From: Alphaproteobacteria bacterium
GTDB taxonomy: Bacteria; Myxococcota_A; UBA796; GCA-2862545
Length of the DNA stretch: 64,000 nucleotides
Assembly (NCBI GenBank): GCA_020632925.1
Contig: JACKER010000007.1
Span: forward strand, 308,910 to 372,909
Reading direction: 5' to 3'
The notes beneath the pieces were generated by a model. The model was not told the DNA's origin and did no database searches. It saw nothing but the letters and a program-made list of their open reading frames with translations. Below, piece after piece: positions 8,685-18,589 of this stretch; position 1 is the first letter of the stretch; each line of letters opens with the position of its first letter. The position numbers and the translations under genes are program-made.

Positions 8685-10178
8685 CTACAGCGAGGAGAAC
8701 TCCTCGCGCCGATCGGAGCCCACGTCGTCGCCGCGGCGCACGCGGACCACCGCGGACTCCTCGGCCGTCGGGTAGATGGCCTCCCAGCCCTGCGGCAGGC
8801 CGATCCCGAGGTTCTCGAACAGGTACCGGGCGTCCTTGACCGCGAGGTTGACGCAGCCGTGGCTCGCGACGCGGCCGAAGCCCCAGTGCCAGTAGGCCGC
8901 GTGCAGGGCGTAGGCTGGGCGGAAGACCATGGTCCAGGGCACGTCCTCGACGTAGTACACGTCGTCGGCGCCCGGGCGGCTCGCCATGTCCTTGTACGCG
9001 TACTTCCCGAGGATGCGGTACGTGCCGCGCGGGGTGCCCTTGGGGGGCGCGCCGGAGGCGATGACCGTCCAGTAGACGAGCTCGTCCCCGCGGAACAGCT
9101 GGAGCGTCTGCTGGTTGAGCTCCACGTCGACCCAGAGCTCGTCGTCGCCCACGCCGTCGGGGCGCACGGGGCTCGCGGAGGGGTGGCGCACGTCCTGCAG
9201 GTCGTTGATGTACCCGGGGATGCCGGGGCCCCCGGCGTCGGGCACCTTCCACCAGTGACCGTCCTCGCTGGCCGGCGTCTTCTCCACCCACAAGGACGTG
9301 TGCCAGGGGTGCGTCGCGAGGGGCTCGGACTCGAGGTCCGGCGTCGGGTGGACCATGGCGCCGTCGTAGTTGACGGTGATGGCGGGCCACAGGCCGGCGG
9401 GGGGCGGGTCGCTCTCGAAGACACGGCCCTGCCAGCGAGTGATCGGGTACAGATACACGTCGTCGAGGCGGGCCACCTTGCCGTCGTCGCGCGTGAGCAC
9501 GGGGCCCTTCTCCGTCTCGACGATCTCCTCGAAGCGGTACTTCATGCCCGCCCCGCCGGTCAGCGCGCCCACCGGGGCCTTGCCCGCCACGTAGTCGTCG
9601 ATCGAGCCGTAGAGCTGGCCCTTGAACCGCCGCCAGCGCTTCGCGTAGACCGCGGGCGTGAGCTGGTCGGGCTGGCCGTGGTCGTACTCGCCCGTCTCCA
9701 TGTAGTGATCGAACTCGGTCGGCTCGGGCGGGTCGAAGGTCACCATCGCCGGCAACGCCGTCGGCTTCTCCTCGGCCACCTCGGTCCCCGTGAGGCAGAG
9801 CCAGCCGTTCGCCTCGAGCTGCCCCCAGTCGTCGGCGCACCCGGGGCCGGGCTGCCTCGCGATCACCCGGAAGGAGCCCCCCTCCGAGGTCAGGCCGCGC
9901 GCCTTCGCCCCGGCCTTCGGCTCGAACAGGATGGTCTTCTTGGTCTTCGACCTCCGCAGCTCGAGGTACTCCGGCTCCGGCGGTGCCGGGGCCGGCGACG
10001 GGGTCGCGGCGACCACGGCCACCGGCTCGGGCTCGGCCACCGCCTGGGCGGACGGGGTCTCGGCCGGCTCTTCCTGCACCCCGGGCGAGGTCGCGGGCTT
10101 GCGGGAGCTGGCGTCGGCGTCGGGCATGCAGGCGGCCAACAGGAGGAGGCCACCCTGGAGCAGGGTCGTTCGGTTCAT
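8685..10178 (-). CDS. L,D-transpeptidase (YkuD domain) lipoprotein
   Basis: MNRTTLLQGGLLLLAAC lipobox. HGCVNL catalytic motif near the C-terminus. The upstream 420 codons of track ORF 8685-11441 are spurious because they are antisense to the ligase gene. Confidence 0.75.
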   Translation of the reverse strand: MNRTTLLQGGLLLLAACMPDADASSRKPATSPGVQEEPAETPSAQAVAEPEPVAVVAATPSPAPAPPEPEYLELRRSKTKKTILFEPKAGAKARGLTSEGGSFRVIARQPGPGCADDWGQLEANGWLCLTGTEVAEEKPTALPAMVTFDPPEPTEFDHYMETGEYDHGQPDQLTPAVYAKRWRRFKGQLYGSIDDYVAGKAPVGALTGGAGMKYRFEEIVETEKGPVLTRDDGKVARLDDVYLYPITRWQGRVFESDPPPAGLWPAITVNYDGAMVHPTPDLESEPLATHPWHTSLWVEKTPASEDGHWWKVPDAGGPGIPGYINDLQDVRHPSASPVRPDGVGDDELWVDVELNQQTLQLFRGDELVYWTVIASGAPPKGTPRGTYRILGKYAYKDMASRPGADDVYYVEDVPWTMVFRPAYALHAAYWHWGFGRVASHGCVNLAVKDARYLFENLGIGLPQGWEAIYPTAEESAVVRVRRGDDVGSDRREEFSSL

Positions 10179-10292
10179 GGGGGACTCTGGGGCAGGATGA
10201 ACCGGCGGAGCTGAAACCGCCAGCGGAAGGAGGACTTCGATCTTCGCGCGTCGGGCTGGCCGCGTCAAGGCGCCCCGTGCCATGCTGCGCGC

Positions 10293-11339
10293 GTGCTGCC
10301 CTTCCCGCCCCCGCTGGCGCCCATGCTCGGGACCCTCGCCGACGAGCTCCCCGAAGGACCCGAGTGGTGCTACGAGCCCAAGTGGGACGGGTTCCGCGCG
10401 CTCGTGTTCCGCGACGGGGACACCGTCGAGCTGAGGTCCCGCGACGACCGCCCGCTGCTGCGCTACTTCCCCGAGCTCGAGCAGCCGCTCAAGGACGCGC
10501 TGCCCGAGGTGGCGGTGGCGGACGGCGAGATCGTCGTCGCGCGGGACGGCGCGCTGGACTTCGAGGCGCTCCAGCTCCGGCTCCACCCGGCGGCCTCGCG
10601 CATCCGCAAGCTGTCGGGCGAGATCCCGGCGGCGGTGGTGCTGTGGGACCTCCTGGGTCGGGCGGAGGAGGACCTGCGCGAGCGGGCGCTCTCCGAGCGG
10701 CTGGCGGCGCTGGACGCAGCGCTGGTCCCCAACGAGACCGTCCTCCGCAGCCCGTGCACGACCGATCGCGCCGTCGCGTCCGACTGGTACCACCGGTTCC
10801 AGGGGGCGGGCTTCGACGGGGTGATGGCCAAGCGCCTGTCGGACCCCTACCAGCCGGGGAAGCGCGCGCTGGTCAAGGTCAAGCACGTCCGCACGCTCGA
10901 CGCCGCCGTGCTCGGCTTCCGCTGGCACAAGACCGGTTGGGGCACCGAGGTGGGCTCGCTCGTGCTCGGGCTGTACGACGACGAGGGCCAGGTCCACCCG
11001 ATCGGCGTCGCGAGCTCGTTCACGAAGAAGGAGCGCCTGCGCCTCGCGGGTGAGCTCGCACCCCTGTGCGACGGCGCCGAGCACCCGTGGGCGAAGTGGG
11101 AGGGTCACGAGCGTCGGCCGGACGTGCACTCCCGCTGGAACGCGGGGCGCGACCTGTCCTGGGAGCCGATCCGGTCGGGGCTGGTGGTCGAGGTCACGAC
11201 GACGCAGCACAACCGCGCGCGCCTGCGCCACCCGGCCCACGTGGTGCGCTGGCGGCCCGATCGGGATCCCGCCGGCTGCGGCCTCGACCAGCTCGCGATC
11301 GGTGTACCGGCCGAGCTCTCGGCCCTGTTCGAGCGGTGA
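10293..11339 (+). CDS. ATP-dependent DNA ligase (LigD ligase-domain / LigC-like)
   Basis: Motif I EPKWDGFR (KxDGxR) and a downstream nucleotidyltransferase/OB region. 348 aa. Confidence 0.8.
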   Translation: MLPFPPPLAPMLGTLADELPEGPEWCYEPKWDGFRALVFRDGDTVELRSRDDRPLLRYFPELEQPLKDALPEVAVADGEIVVARDGALDFEALQLRLHPAASRIRKLSGEIPAAVVLWDLLGRAEEDLRERALSERLAALDAALVPNETVLRSPCTTDRAVASDWYHRFQGAGFDGVMAKRLSDPYQPGKRALVKVKHVRTLDAAVLGFRWHKTGWGTEVGSLVLGLYDDEGQVHPIGVASSFTKKERLRLAGELAPLCDGAEHPWAKWEGHERRPDVHSRWNAGRDLSWEPIRSGLVVEVTTTQHNRARLRHPAHVVRWRPDRDPAGCGLDQLAIGVPAELSALFER

Positions 11340-11367
11340 CGGGGATGGGTCGCGCGGAGTACCACCT

Positions 11368-13095
11368 GTGCGTCGCGGTGCGCGACGAGGAGCGGCGATG
11401 ATCTGGGTGACGGCGGCATGGGCACAGGACGTGGTCTCCAACGGCGATCTGCCTTCGCTGAACGCCCAGAACTTCCGGCCGAGCGTCGATGCGCCGCGCG
11501 CGCTGTGGGTGGACGAGGCCGCCCGCGCGCCGGAGGGCCCCGTCGGCCGGCTGCTCTTCCACTACACCGACGACCCGCTGGTCTACCGGACCGAGGAGAG
11601 CACCGTCGGTCTCGTGCGCAACGTGGTGCAGGCCGACCTGCTCGGGGGCTGGGCCTTCGGACCGGCGCGGCTCGGGCTGGTGGTGCCGCTGTACCTGTAC
11701 GCGAACGGCGACACCGCGTCGGGGACCGGGCTCGGCGATCTGGCGATCGACGGGCGGGTCACGGTGATCGACGGGGACGCGACCCCCGTGGACGTGGCGC
11801 TGCAGGGGCGGATCTCCGTCCCCACCTCCACCGTCGACCTGCCGCTCGGCAACCCGGGCGTCGGCTGGGAGATCGCGGCGGTCGCCAGCAAGCAGGTGGA
11901 CCGGCTGCTGCTGGCCGCCAACCTCGGGACCACTGGCGGTCCCGCCGTGGACCTCGAGAACGTCAGCGTCGACGACGCGTTCACCGCGCGCGGCGCCGTG
12001 GGTGTCGACGTCGTCCCGGACGTGGCGGGCGTGACCGCGGAGGTCGCGACGCACCTGTCGTACGCGTCGCTGACGAACAGCGCGAGCAACCCGACGGAGG
12101 CGCTGCTCTCGGGTTGGGGTCACCCGACGGGCGAGGTGGTGATCCGCGGGGGCCTCGGCGCGGGGCTCACGCCCGGCATCGGGAGCCCCGACTTCCGCGT
12201 GATCCTGGGGGTGGGCTATGCCCCGCGGTCCGAACCACCCGCGCCCAAGGTGGTGGACACCGATCTCGACGGGTTGCTCGATCCCGACGACGCCTGTCCG
12301 ACCGAGCCCGAGGACGTGGACCAGTGGCAGGACGAGGACGGCTGCCCCGATCCCGACAACGACGGGGACGGGCTGCTCGACCCGGCGGACGGCTGCCGCG
12401 ACGAGCCCGAGGACTTCGATGGGTGGAAGGACGAGGACGGCTGTCCCGATCCGTTCACGCTGCTGACGGTCGCCATCGTCGACGAGCAGCAGCAGCCCAT
12501 CGAGCTCGCGAAGGGCGTGATCACCGCGCCCGACGGCCGCACCTGGCCCGTGGCCAACGGTCGCGTCTCGGTCGAGGTGCCCGCGGGGACGTACGAGGTG
12601 GCCGCGCGCGCGGGGACGTACGACCCCGCCCAGACCACGGTCGAGGTCCCCGACGGTCCGCCGGTCGGCACGTACGTGGTGCTGAAGAAGCAGAAGAACG
12701 CGAAGGTCGTCGTGACCCGCGACCGCATCGATCTGCAGGACAAGGTCTACTTCGAGACCGCGTCGGCGAAGATCAAGAAGGAGTCCTACGGGTTGCTCGA
12801 CCAGGCGGTCCAGATCCTCGTGGACTACCCCGAGATCGGCCTGATGCGGATCGAGGGCCACACCGACAGCCGCGGCTCCGACAGCTACAACCTGAAGCTC
12901 TCGAAGGAGCGCGCCGCCTCGGTCCGCGAGTACTTCATCGAGCACGGCATCGCGCCCGAGCGCCTCACGTCCGAGGGGTACGGCGAGACCCGCCCGCTCG
13001 ACCCTGCCAACAACGAGGCTGCGTGGTCGAAGAACCGCCGCGTGGACTTCTTCATCGAGCGCTGGGACGACCAGCCGATCGCCCCCGCTCCCTGA
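11368..13095 (+). CDS. OmpA-family outer membrane protein with thrombospondin type 3 (DxDxDGxxD) repeats
   Basis: C-terminal OmpA-like domain (…IEGHTDSRGSDSYNLKLSKERAASVREYF…). TSP3 Ca-binding repeats. Signal peptide MRRGARRGAAMIWVTAAWA if the GTG at 11368 is used. Alternative ATG at 11398. Confidence 0.7.
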   Translation: MRRGARRGAAMIWVTAAWAQDVVSNGDLPSLNAQNFRPSVDAPRALWVDEAARAPEGPVGRLLFHYTDDPLVYRTEESTVGLVRNVVQADLLGGWAFGPARLGLVVPLYLYANGDTASGTGLGDLAIDGRVTVIDGDATPVDVALQGRISVPTSTVDLPLGNPGVGWEIAAVASKQVDRLLLAANLGTTGGPAVDLENVSVDDAFTARGAVGVDVVPDVAGVTAEVATHLSYASLTNSASNPTEALLSGWGHPTGEVVIRGGLGAGLTPGIGSPDFRVILGVGYAPRSEPPAPKVVDTDLDGLLDPDDACPTEPEDVDQWQDEDGCPDPDNDGDGLLDPADGCRDEPEDFDGWKDEDGCPDPFTLLTVAIVDEQQQPIELAKGVITAPDGRTWPVANGRVSVEVPAGTYEVAARAGTYDPAQTTVEVPDGPPVGTYVVLKKQKNAKVVVTRDRIDLQDKVYFETASAKIKKESYGLLDQAVQILVDYPEIGLMRIEGHTDSRGSDSYNLKLSKERAASVREYFIEHGIAPERLTSEGYGETRPLDPANNEAAWSKNRRVDFFIERWDDQPIAPAP

Positions 13096-13101
13096 GCGAG
13101 C

Positions 13102-13293
13102 TCAGCGCTTGTCGGACGGAGCGCCGTCGCGCATGTCCTGCTGCACCATGGCGAGCAGGTCGTTCGCGAGGTCCACGATCTGGTGGTGCGTGAAGCCCTC
13201 GTTGGTCAGCATGCCGAAGAAGCTGCGCGCGACCTGGCGGGTCTGGACGGGGGCACGGTGGTTCAGGGAGTCGGACGTCGACTGGGGGCTCAT
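13102..13293 (-). CDS. Small hypothetical protein (63 aa)
   Basis: Very high GC3 codon usage consistent with a genuine gene. No recognisable family. Confidence 0.45.
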   Translation of the reverse strand: MSPQSTSDSLNHRAPVQTRQVARSFFGMLTNEGFTHHQIVDLANDLLAMVQQDMRDGAPSDKR

Positions 13294-13412
13294 GGTGGGC
13301 TCCAGGGAGGGGATGGGTGGGGAAGGGGAGGGGAGGCGCGCCGTGCGCGGCCTCGGATAGCGTGTCCCATCCTCGATCCGCCGTCAAGCGGCGAGTCGGG
13401 GTAGAGTGGGCC

Positions 13413-14576
13413 ATGCTCTGGTGGCTGATGTCCTGCGCGGGCGGCGAGCGCCCCTGCGATGACTGCATCGACGAGGATCAGGTCGACCACGATGGGGACG
13501 GCGCGCTGGCCGGCGTGGACTGCGACGATCTCCACGCCGAGCTCAACGTCGACGACGTCGACGGCGACGGCTTCTCGACCTGCCAGGGCGACTGCGACGA
13601 CGACGACCCGCTCCGGGGACCTCGCGGCGTGGTGGCGGAGACCTGCGACAACATCGACAACGACTGCAACGACGTGGTCGACGTGGACGACCTGGGCTGG
13701 TCGCCCTGCCAGGTGGAGGACACCTACGCGCTCCCCTGGAACCGCAAGCTGGACGTGCTCATCGTGGTCGAGTCCACGAGCACCTTCCAGACCTTCGGCG
13801 ACCTGCTGGTCCAGGCGGGCAGGCCCTTCCTCGAGCCGCTGGTGGGGCGCGACGTCCACCTCGGTGTCATCTCGACCCGCCCCGGGACGGGCGAGCTGCA
13901 GGGCCCCTCGGGTCGTCCCTGGCTCGATCTGCGCGAGGTCGACATCGACACCGCGGTCGGGTGGTACGAGGTCGCCGTAGACCGCACGGCGCCCCAGCAG
14001 GGCACGTCGGTCCCGCTCCTCAACGCCACCAAGGTGATCGACGGGGTCGATCTGTTGAGCAACGCGGGCTTCCGACGGGACGACGCCGCGCTGACCTTCC
14101 TCTTCGCCAGCGATCAGGACGACGAGAGCCCGGGGAGCGCCGAGGACTTCGTGGAGTGGCTGGCCTTCTCGCTGCACGCCCGCTTCGACGCGCACGTGTA
14201 CGGCATCTTGCCGACCCCGGACGGGACCTGTGGCTCGGTGACCACGAGCGCTCCCCGACTGGAGGACGTGCTCGCCCGGACCGAGCCCGTGATCGACGAC
14301 CTGCTCCCGGTGTGTACGGTCGGGTACGGCGCAGGGCTGAACGCGCTCGCGCTGACGGAGCAGCCGCCGTTCGAGCTGCGCTTCGCGCTCGACCAGCTCC
14401 CGATCCCGACGACGATCGAGGTGGAGCTCACGCACGGCGGGCGGACCGAGGTGCGGCCCTACGCCGCCATCACCTACCTCCCCGACGACAACGAGATCGT
14501 AGTGGCCGACCTCGGGTGGCCGGATCTCGAGGAGGCGCCACACATCCGGTACCAGGTCCTCCCCGACGCGAGGTGA
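13413..14576 (+). CDS. Lipoprotein with myxobacterial cysteine-rich (DCDD…DNDCN) repeats
   Basis: MLWWLMSCAG lipobox. Repeated CxDxDxxxxxxDCDD motifs. Confidence 0.7.
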   Translation: MLWWLMSCAGGERPCDDCIDEDQVDHDGDGALAGVDCDDLHAELNVDDVDGDGFSTCQGDCDDDDPLRGPRGVVAETCDNIDNDCNDVVDVDDLGWSPCQVEDTYALPWNRKLDVLIVVESTSTFQTFGDLLVQAGRPFLEPLVGRDVHLGVISTRPGTGELQGPSGRPWLDLREVDIDTAVGWYEVAVDRTAPQQGTSVPLLNATKVIDGVDLLSNAGFRRDDAALTFLFASDQDDESPGSAEDFVEWLAFSLHARFDAHVYGILPTPDGTCGSVTTSAPRLEDVLARTEPVIDDLLPVCTVGYGAGLNALALTEQPPFELRFALDQLPIPTTIEVELTHGGRTEVRPYAAITYLPDDNEIVVADLGWPDLEEAPHIRYQVLPDAR

Positions 14577-14607
14577 ATTCTACTTGGCGTCCTCCGCTCC
14601 GGGCGGA

Positions 14608-14690
14608 CAACCGTTCGCGTTCCGCCCTTGCTTCGTGCTCTTTGGCCGATTCGAACGGGGGGGCGGCCCGCGAACGCCGTCCCTCCGCTG
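14608..14690. terminator. Candidate bidirectional terminator (imperfect hairpin) between convergent genes
   Basis: cgttcgcgttccgccc … gggcggcccgcgaacg form ~14/16 complementary arms, but the loop is long. Confidence 0.25.
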
Positions 14691-14798
14691 CGGCCGACTC
14701 GGCGCCCGGTCCGCCGATGAACGGCGTACCGGCCCCCTCGAATCCTTCACCTCCGGCTGCGCTTCGCTCCACCTCCGCGGGCAGCGGAGTCTCCTCGC

Positions 14799-16820
14799 TC
14801 ACGGTGTGCAGCCGCTGGCGTCGCAGGTGTGGGCGCGCTGCGGCGGCAGGGAGTAGTCGCCGACGCCGGGGATCTGGACGTCGACGCCGTTGGGCGTGGG
14901 CGCTGGCGGGAAGGCGCAGCCCTGCTCGGCCACGAAGGTCCCCGATCCGAGCACCACGCCCACCGCGTTGTCGTCGATGCGGCTCGGCGTGCCCCCGAGG
15001 CCCGGCGAGCAGGTCGCCGTGTGGCTGGCGCCCATCCCGAGCTGCAGTCCGGCGCCCAGGTGGCCGGAGATCGTGGTCTGCACGATGGTGTGGTCGACCG
15101 GTCCCGCCGCGATCCACCCGATCTGGTCGTTGTCGGCGATGGTGGACTCCATGATCGACACCGGCATACCGACGGAGCGCATGCCGTCGGCGAGGCGCGC
15201 GGCGTCGTTGCGTCGCACGGCCACCCGTGCGAGGCGCGCCGTCTCCGCGCCGTCCGGTGCCTCCGTCTCGAGGTACAGCCCGCCGCCGTCGTCGTCGGCG
15301 GTGTTGTCGACGAAGGTGCTGTCTTCGATCAGGATGTCGGGAGCGGAGACGTAGGCGCCTCCGCCACGAGAAGCGTGGTTGTCGTGGAACGCGCTGCGGC
15401 GGATCTCCACCATGCCCGCAGCCCGGATGCGGGCACCCCCACCGTCCGCGACCGTGGAGGCGGCTCCACCCGGGGCGGCGACGCAGTCCACGAACTCGCT
15501 GTCCTCGACGATGACGTTGCTGACGTAGACGTCGAGGCAGGAGCTCGCACCGCCGGTCAACGTCATGCCGCGGATGGTCGCGGTCCCGATCGACACCGCC
15601 GGGTTGATGAGGATGTTCGAGCCGTGGCCCTCCGCGTCGAGCACGGGGTCGCCCCAGCCCTCGATCCGCAGGTCGAACAGATCCCGCATCTGCACCCGTC
15701 CGTACCAGGGACCGGCGCCACAGAACCAGAGGCTCCCGCGTTGGGTGATGAGGACGTCGCCGCCGATGCTCAGGGTGTGCGACCAGTCGACCGCCTCGTC
15801 CTCCGTCGCGAACGGCTGGAACCACACGCCCGTGGCCTCGGCGTCCCGCGTCCAGCCCACGTCGCCGGTGGCGCAGTCGTTCCATCGTCCGTCGCAGATG
15901 TCCGGGGCGCCCGTGAACCGGTTCGGGTCGTGGTCGTCGCAGTCCGCGCCGTGGGGCGGGTGGAGGTCGCCGTCCCAGTCCTGGTCGTACATGTTGCCGT
16001 CGCAGTTCTGGTCGACGTCGTCGGTCCAGTCCTCGAGGGTGTCCGGATTCACCAGGGGATCGGTGTCGTCGCAGTCGCCGCCGAGCGGGGACTTGTACGC
16101 CGGCACCACGTCGGCGCAGATCGGGGGATCGGCCGCGTCCACGCCGTACCCGTCGCCGTCCAGATCGTCGTGGAACACGCGTCCGCCGACGAGGTCGGGG
16201 TCGCCGTCCTCGAGGTCGTCGCAGTCGTTGTCGCGCCCGTCGCAGATCTCCGTCGCGCCCGGGTTGCGGGCGGCGTCGACGTCGTCGCAGTCGTCCTCCT
16301 CGCCATCGGGAACCTTCACGACGTACCCGGAGGGGCGCAGGCACTGCGTCAGGCGGCGGGTCTCGATGCGCTTGCCCCAGCCGTCGCCGTCCCCGTCGAT
16401 GTCCCACTCCTGGCCCGGGTGCTGGGTCGCGTCGGTGTCGTCGCAGTCGGTGTCGTCGTGCACCCAGGCGGCGATCGCTCCGCCCGGCATCTCGACGAGC
16501 GTGGCCCCGAGGTCCTTGCAGCTCCGCTCGTGGACCGAGGCCCTACCGAAGCCGTCGTGGTCGGCGTCGAGGTACCAGTCCGCGCCTTCGAGACTCGGGT
16601 CCTCCTCGTTGAAGAGGTGGTCGCAGTCGTTGTCGATGCCGTCGCAGCGCTCGGGAGCGTCGGGGTTCACCGCGGGGTCGAGGTCGTTGCAGTCCGTCCC
16701 GCCGAGCTCGGCGTTCTCGAAGCCGTCGTTGTCCTGGTCGAGGCGGTGCGAGAGGGCTCCGGCGCCGAGGGCCGGGCAGCCCGTCAGCGCGAGGAGCAGC
16801 GTCGGGATCAGGGACCTCAT
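14799..16820 (-). CDS. Lipoprotein with Cys-rich repeats and a right-handed beta-helix (pectate-lyase-like) domain
   Basis: MRSLIPTLLLALTGC lipobox. DNDCD repeats. Beta-helix-like GGGAYVS…DNTADDDGGG repeats. Start overlaps the kinase stop by 2 nt. Confidence 0.7.
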   Translation of the reverse strand: MRSLIPTLLLALTGCPALGAGALSHRLDQDNDGFENAELGGTDCNDLDPAVNPDAPERCDGIDNDCDHLFNEEDPSLEGADWYLDADHDGFGRASVHERSCKDLGATLVEMPGGAIAAWVHDDTDCDDTDATQHPGQEWDIDGDGDGWGKRIETRRLTQCLRPSGYVVKVPDGEEDDCDDVDAARNPGATEICDGRDNDCDDLEDGDPDLVGGRVFHDDLDGDGYGVDAADPPICADVVPAYKSPLGGDCDDTDPLVNPDTLEDWTDDVDQNCDGNMYDQDWDGDLHPPHGADCDDHDPNRFTGAPDICDGRWNDCATGDVGWTRDAEATGVWFQPFATEDEAVDWSHTLSIGGDVLITQRGSLWFCGAGPWYGRVQMRDLFDLRIEGWGDPVLDAEGHGSNILINPAVSIGTATIRGMTLTGGASSCLDVYVSNVIVEDSEFVDCVAAPGGAASTVADGGGARIRAAGMVEIRRSAFHDNHASRGGGAYVSAPDILIEDSTFVDNTADDDGGGLYLETEAPDGAETARLARVAVRRNDAARLADGMRSVGMPVSIMESTIADNDQIGWIAAGPVDHTIVQTTISGHLGAGLQLGMGASHTATCSPGLGGTPSRIDDNAVGVVLGSGTFVAEQGCAFPPAPTPNGVDVQIPGVGDYSLPPQRAHTCDASGCTP

Positions 16821-18589
16821 CGACACACCCGGATGTCCTGCTTGCACTTGAGCGTCCGCGTGGCGCCGAGCTCCACCGTGATCTGGCCCACGGTCGTCGG
16901 CGTCCCTCCATCGAAGAAGGCCTCGATGGCGTACGTGCCGGGGAGGACCTCCGCCGGCAGCGGTGTGTTGCCGCTCGGGCCCTGGAGCCACACCCGGTCG
17001 ACGTCCCCGCGCAGCTCGACGCGCACCATCCCCGGCGTCACCTTCGGCTCGGGTGGGGGCAGGGGTGCGGCGACCACGGGCTCCGGCTGGGGCTCGGGCG
17101 GCGTCACCACGGGCTCGGGCGGCGGCTCGACCGGTGCGGGCGGCGGCGCGACCACCGGCGCGGGACGGGTGGGACCGGGCTTGCTCGGCGCAGGGTCGGC
17201 GGGCGCAGGCTTCGGCTCAACCCGCGTGGGCTCCGGCTCCACGGGCGCCGGCGGGAGGACCACCGCCGGGACCTCGGGGCGGTCGGGGGCGGCGATCACG
17301 TGGGCGGAGACCGGAGCGTCCGCCACGACGAGCGGCTTCACCGGCGCGGGCGGGCGCTGCTCTTCGGCCGTGGCCTCCTGCGGCCACGTGAGGAACGCGT
17401 ACACACCGATCCCGACGCCCACCGTGGCCAGCGCGACCAGGGCCACCATCGCGACCAGCGCGCCGCCGGCGAACGCGTACCCCTGCGGGGAGAGGCTCCC
17501 CATGCTGGGTGTCGAGCGGGTGGCCGCGGGGGGAGGCGTCAGCGCGTGCTCGGGCGGCTCCATCAGCGCGGAGATGGCGTCGGCGGTGAGCGTCTCGTCG
17601 GTCCGCGCCGAGCCCCCCGACCGGCCGATGGGCGTCCTCGCGGGGATACGCTCGGCGCTGCTGGAGCTCACCGCGTACTTCGCCAGGATCGACGGATCCC
17701 ACGGGCCGGTCTCGAGCGTGGCGGGGTCGATCTCCGTGGTCCAGTCGTCGCGGTCCCCGTTCCACACCTGCTGGAGCGTGGCGACGTCGCGGATGCGCTT
17801 GTCCCGGTCGGGCTCCAGGGCGCCGACGATGGCCCGCTCCATCCGCTCGGGGAGGTCGGGACGTCGGTCGCGCGGCGGGACGTAGTCGCCGTTGGCCACC
17901 GCCGTGAACAGCTCGAGCAGATCGTCGCCCTCGAACGCCTTGATGCCGCAGACCAGCTCGTACAGGATCGCCCCGACCGAGAAGATGTCGGCCCGCTGGT
18001 CGACGCGTCCCGCGTTCCGGATCTGCTCGGGCGCCATGTACGACGGGGTGCCCATCGTGGTCCCGCTGCGGGTCGCGCCCGGGCCGGCGGCCCCCGACTC
18101 GTCCCCGATGATCTTGGCCAGGCCGAAGTCGGCGATCTTCGGGATCAGCTGCCCACTGGCCACCGAGCACAGGATGTTGGCGGGCTTCAGATCGCGGTGG
18201 ATCAGACCCTGCGCGTGGGCGGCGCCGAGTCCCGACAGGATCCCGTGGGCCAGCAGATCGCACTGCTCGAGGGTCAGCCGGGTGTCGGTCAGCAGGGTGT
18301 CGAGGGCGGGCCCGCGAACGAGCTCCATCAAGAGCCCGGGGGAGCCACCCACGTCGACCACGTCGAACACCGACAGGATGTTCGGGTGCTGGAGCTGCGA
18401 CTGGACCTGTCCCTCGCGGTTGAGTCTCGCCTGGACGCTGCGGGCGGTGAGCGCCAGCACCTTCAGCGCGCAGGGCGTCCCGAGCTGGGCGTTGATCACC
18501 TCGTAGACCACGGCCATGCCGCCGCGTCCCACGACGCGCTGGATCGTGTACCGATCGGCGATGACGGTGCCCGGGCTCAGGTCGTCCAT
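16817..18589 (-). CDS. Ser/Thr protein kinase with a TM segment, Pro-rich linker and C-terminal PEGA domain
   Basis: GRGGMAVVYE…ALKVL…HRDLKPANIL…DFG…APE kinase motifs. ATGA overlap with the upstream gene. Confidence 0.8.
   Translation of the reverse strand: MDDLSPGTVIADRYTIQRVVGRGGMAVVYEVINAQLGTPCALKVLALTARSVQARLNREGQVQSQLQHPNILSVFDVVDVGGSPGLLMELVRGPALDTLLTDTRLTLEQCDLLAHGILSGLGAAHAQGLIHRDLKPANILCSVASGQLIPKIADFGLAKIIGDESGAAGPGATRSGTTMGTPSYMAPEQIRNAGRVDQRADIFSVGAILYELVCGIKAFEGDDLLELFTAVANGDYVPPRDRRPDLPERMERAIVGALEPDRDKRIRDVATLQQVWNGDRDDWTTEIDPATLETGPWDPSILAKYAVSSSSAERIPARTPIGRSGGSARTDETLTADAISALMEPPEHALTPPPAATRSTPSMGSLSPQGYAFAGGALVAMVALVALATVGVGIGVYAFLTWPQEATAEEQRPPAPVKPLVVADAPVSAHVIAAPDRPEVPAVVLPPAPVEPEPTRVEPKPAPADPAPSKPGPTRPAPVVAPPPAPVEPPPEPVVTPPEPQPEPVVAAPLPPPEPKVTPGMVRVELRGDVDRVWLQGPSGNTPLPAEVLPGTYAIEAFFDGGTPTTVGQITVELGATRTLKCKQDIRVCR

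Noticed and set aside
10179-11441. N-terminal 420 codons of the 918-aa minus-strand ORF 8685-11441
   Set aside because: This region is antisense to the ATP-dependent DNA ligase gene. The real L,D-transpeptidase starts at the lipobox Met (10178).
14640-14665. GATTCGAAC (reverse complement GTTCGAATC) T-loop-like sequence suggesting a tRNA
   Set aside because: The flanking bases cannot form the T-stem or an acceptor stem. No cloverleaf could be built.
14470-16407. 645-aa and 1018-aa alternative-frame ORFs (14470-16407 minus, 14829-17885 plus) across the beta-helix lipoprotein and kinase
   Set aside because: These are Arg/Gly-rich junk translations. The minus-strand lipoprotein and kinase frames carry the recognisable domains and coupled starts.
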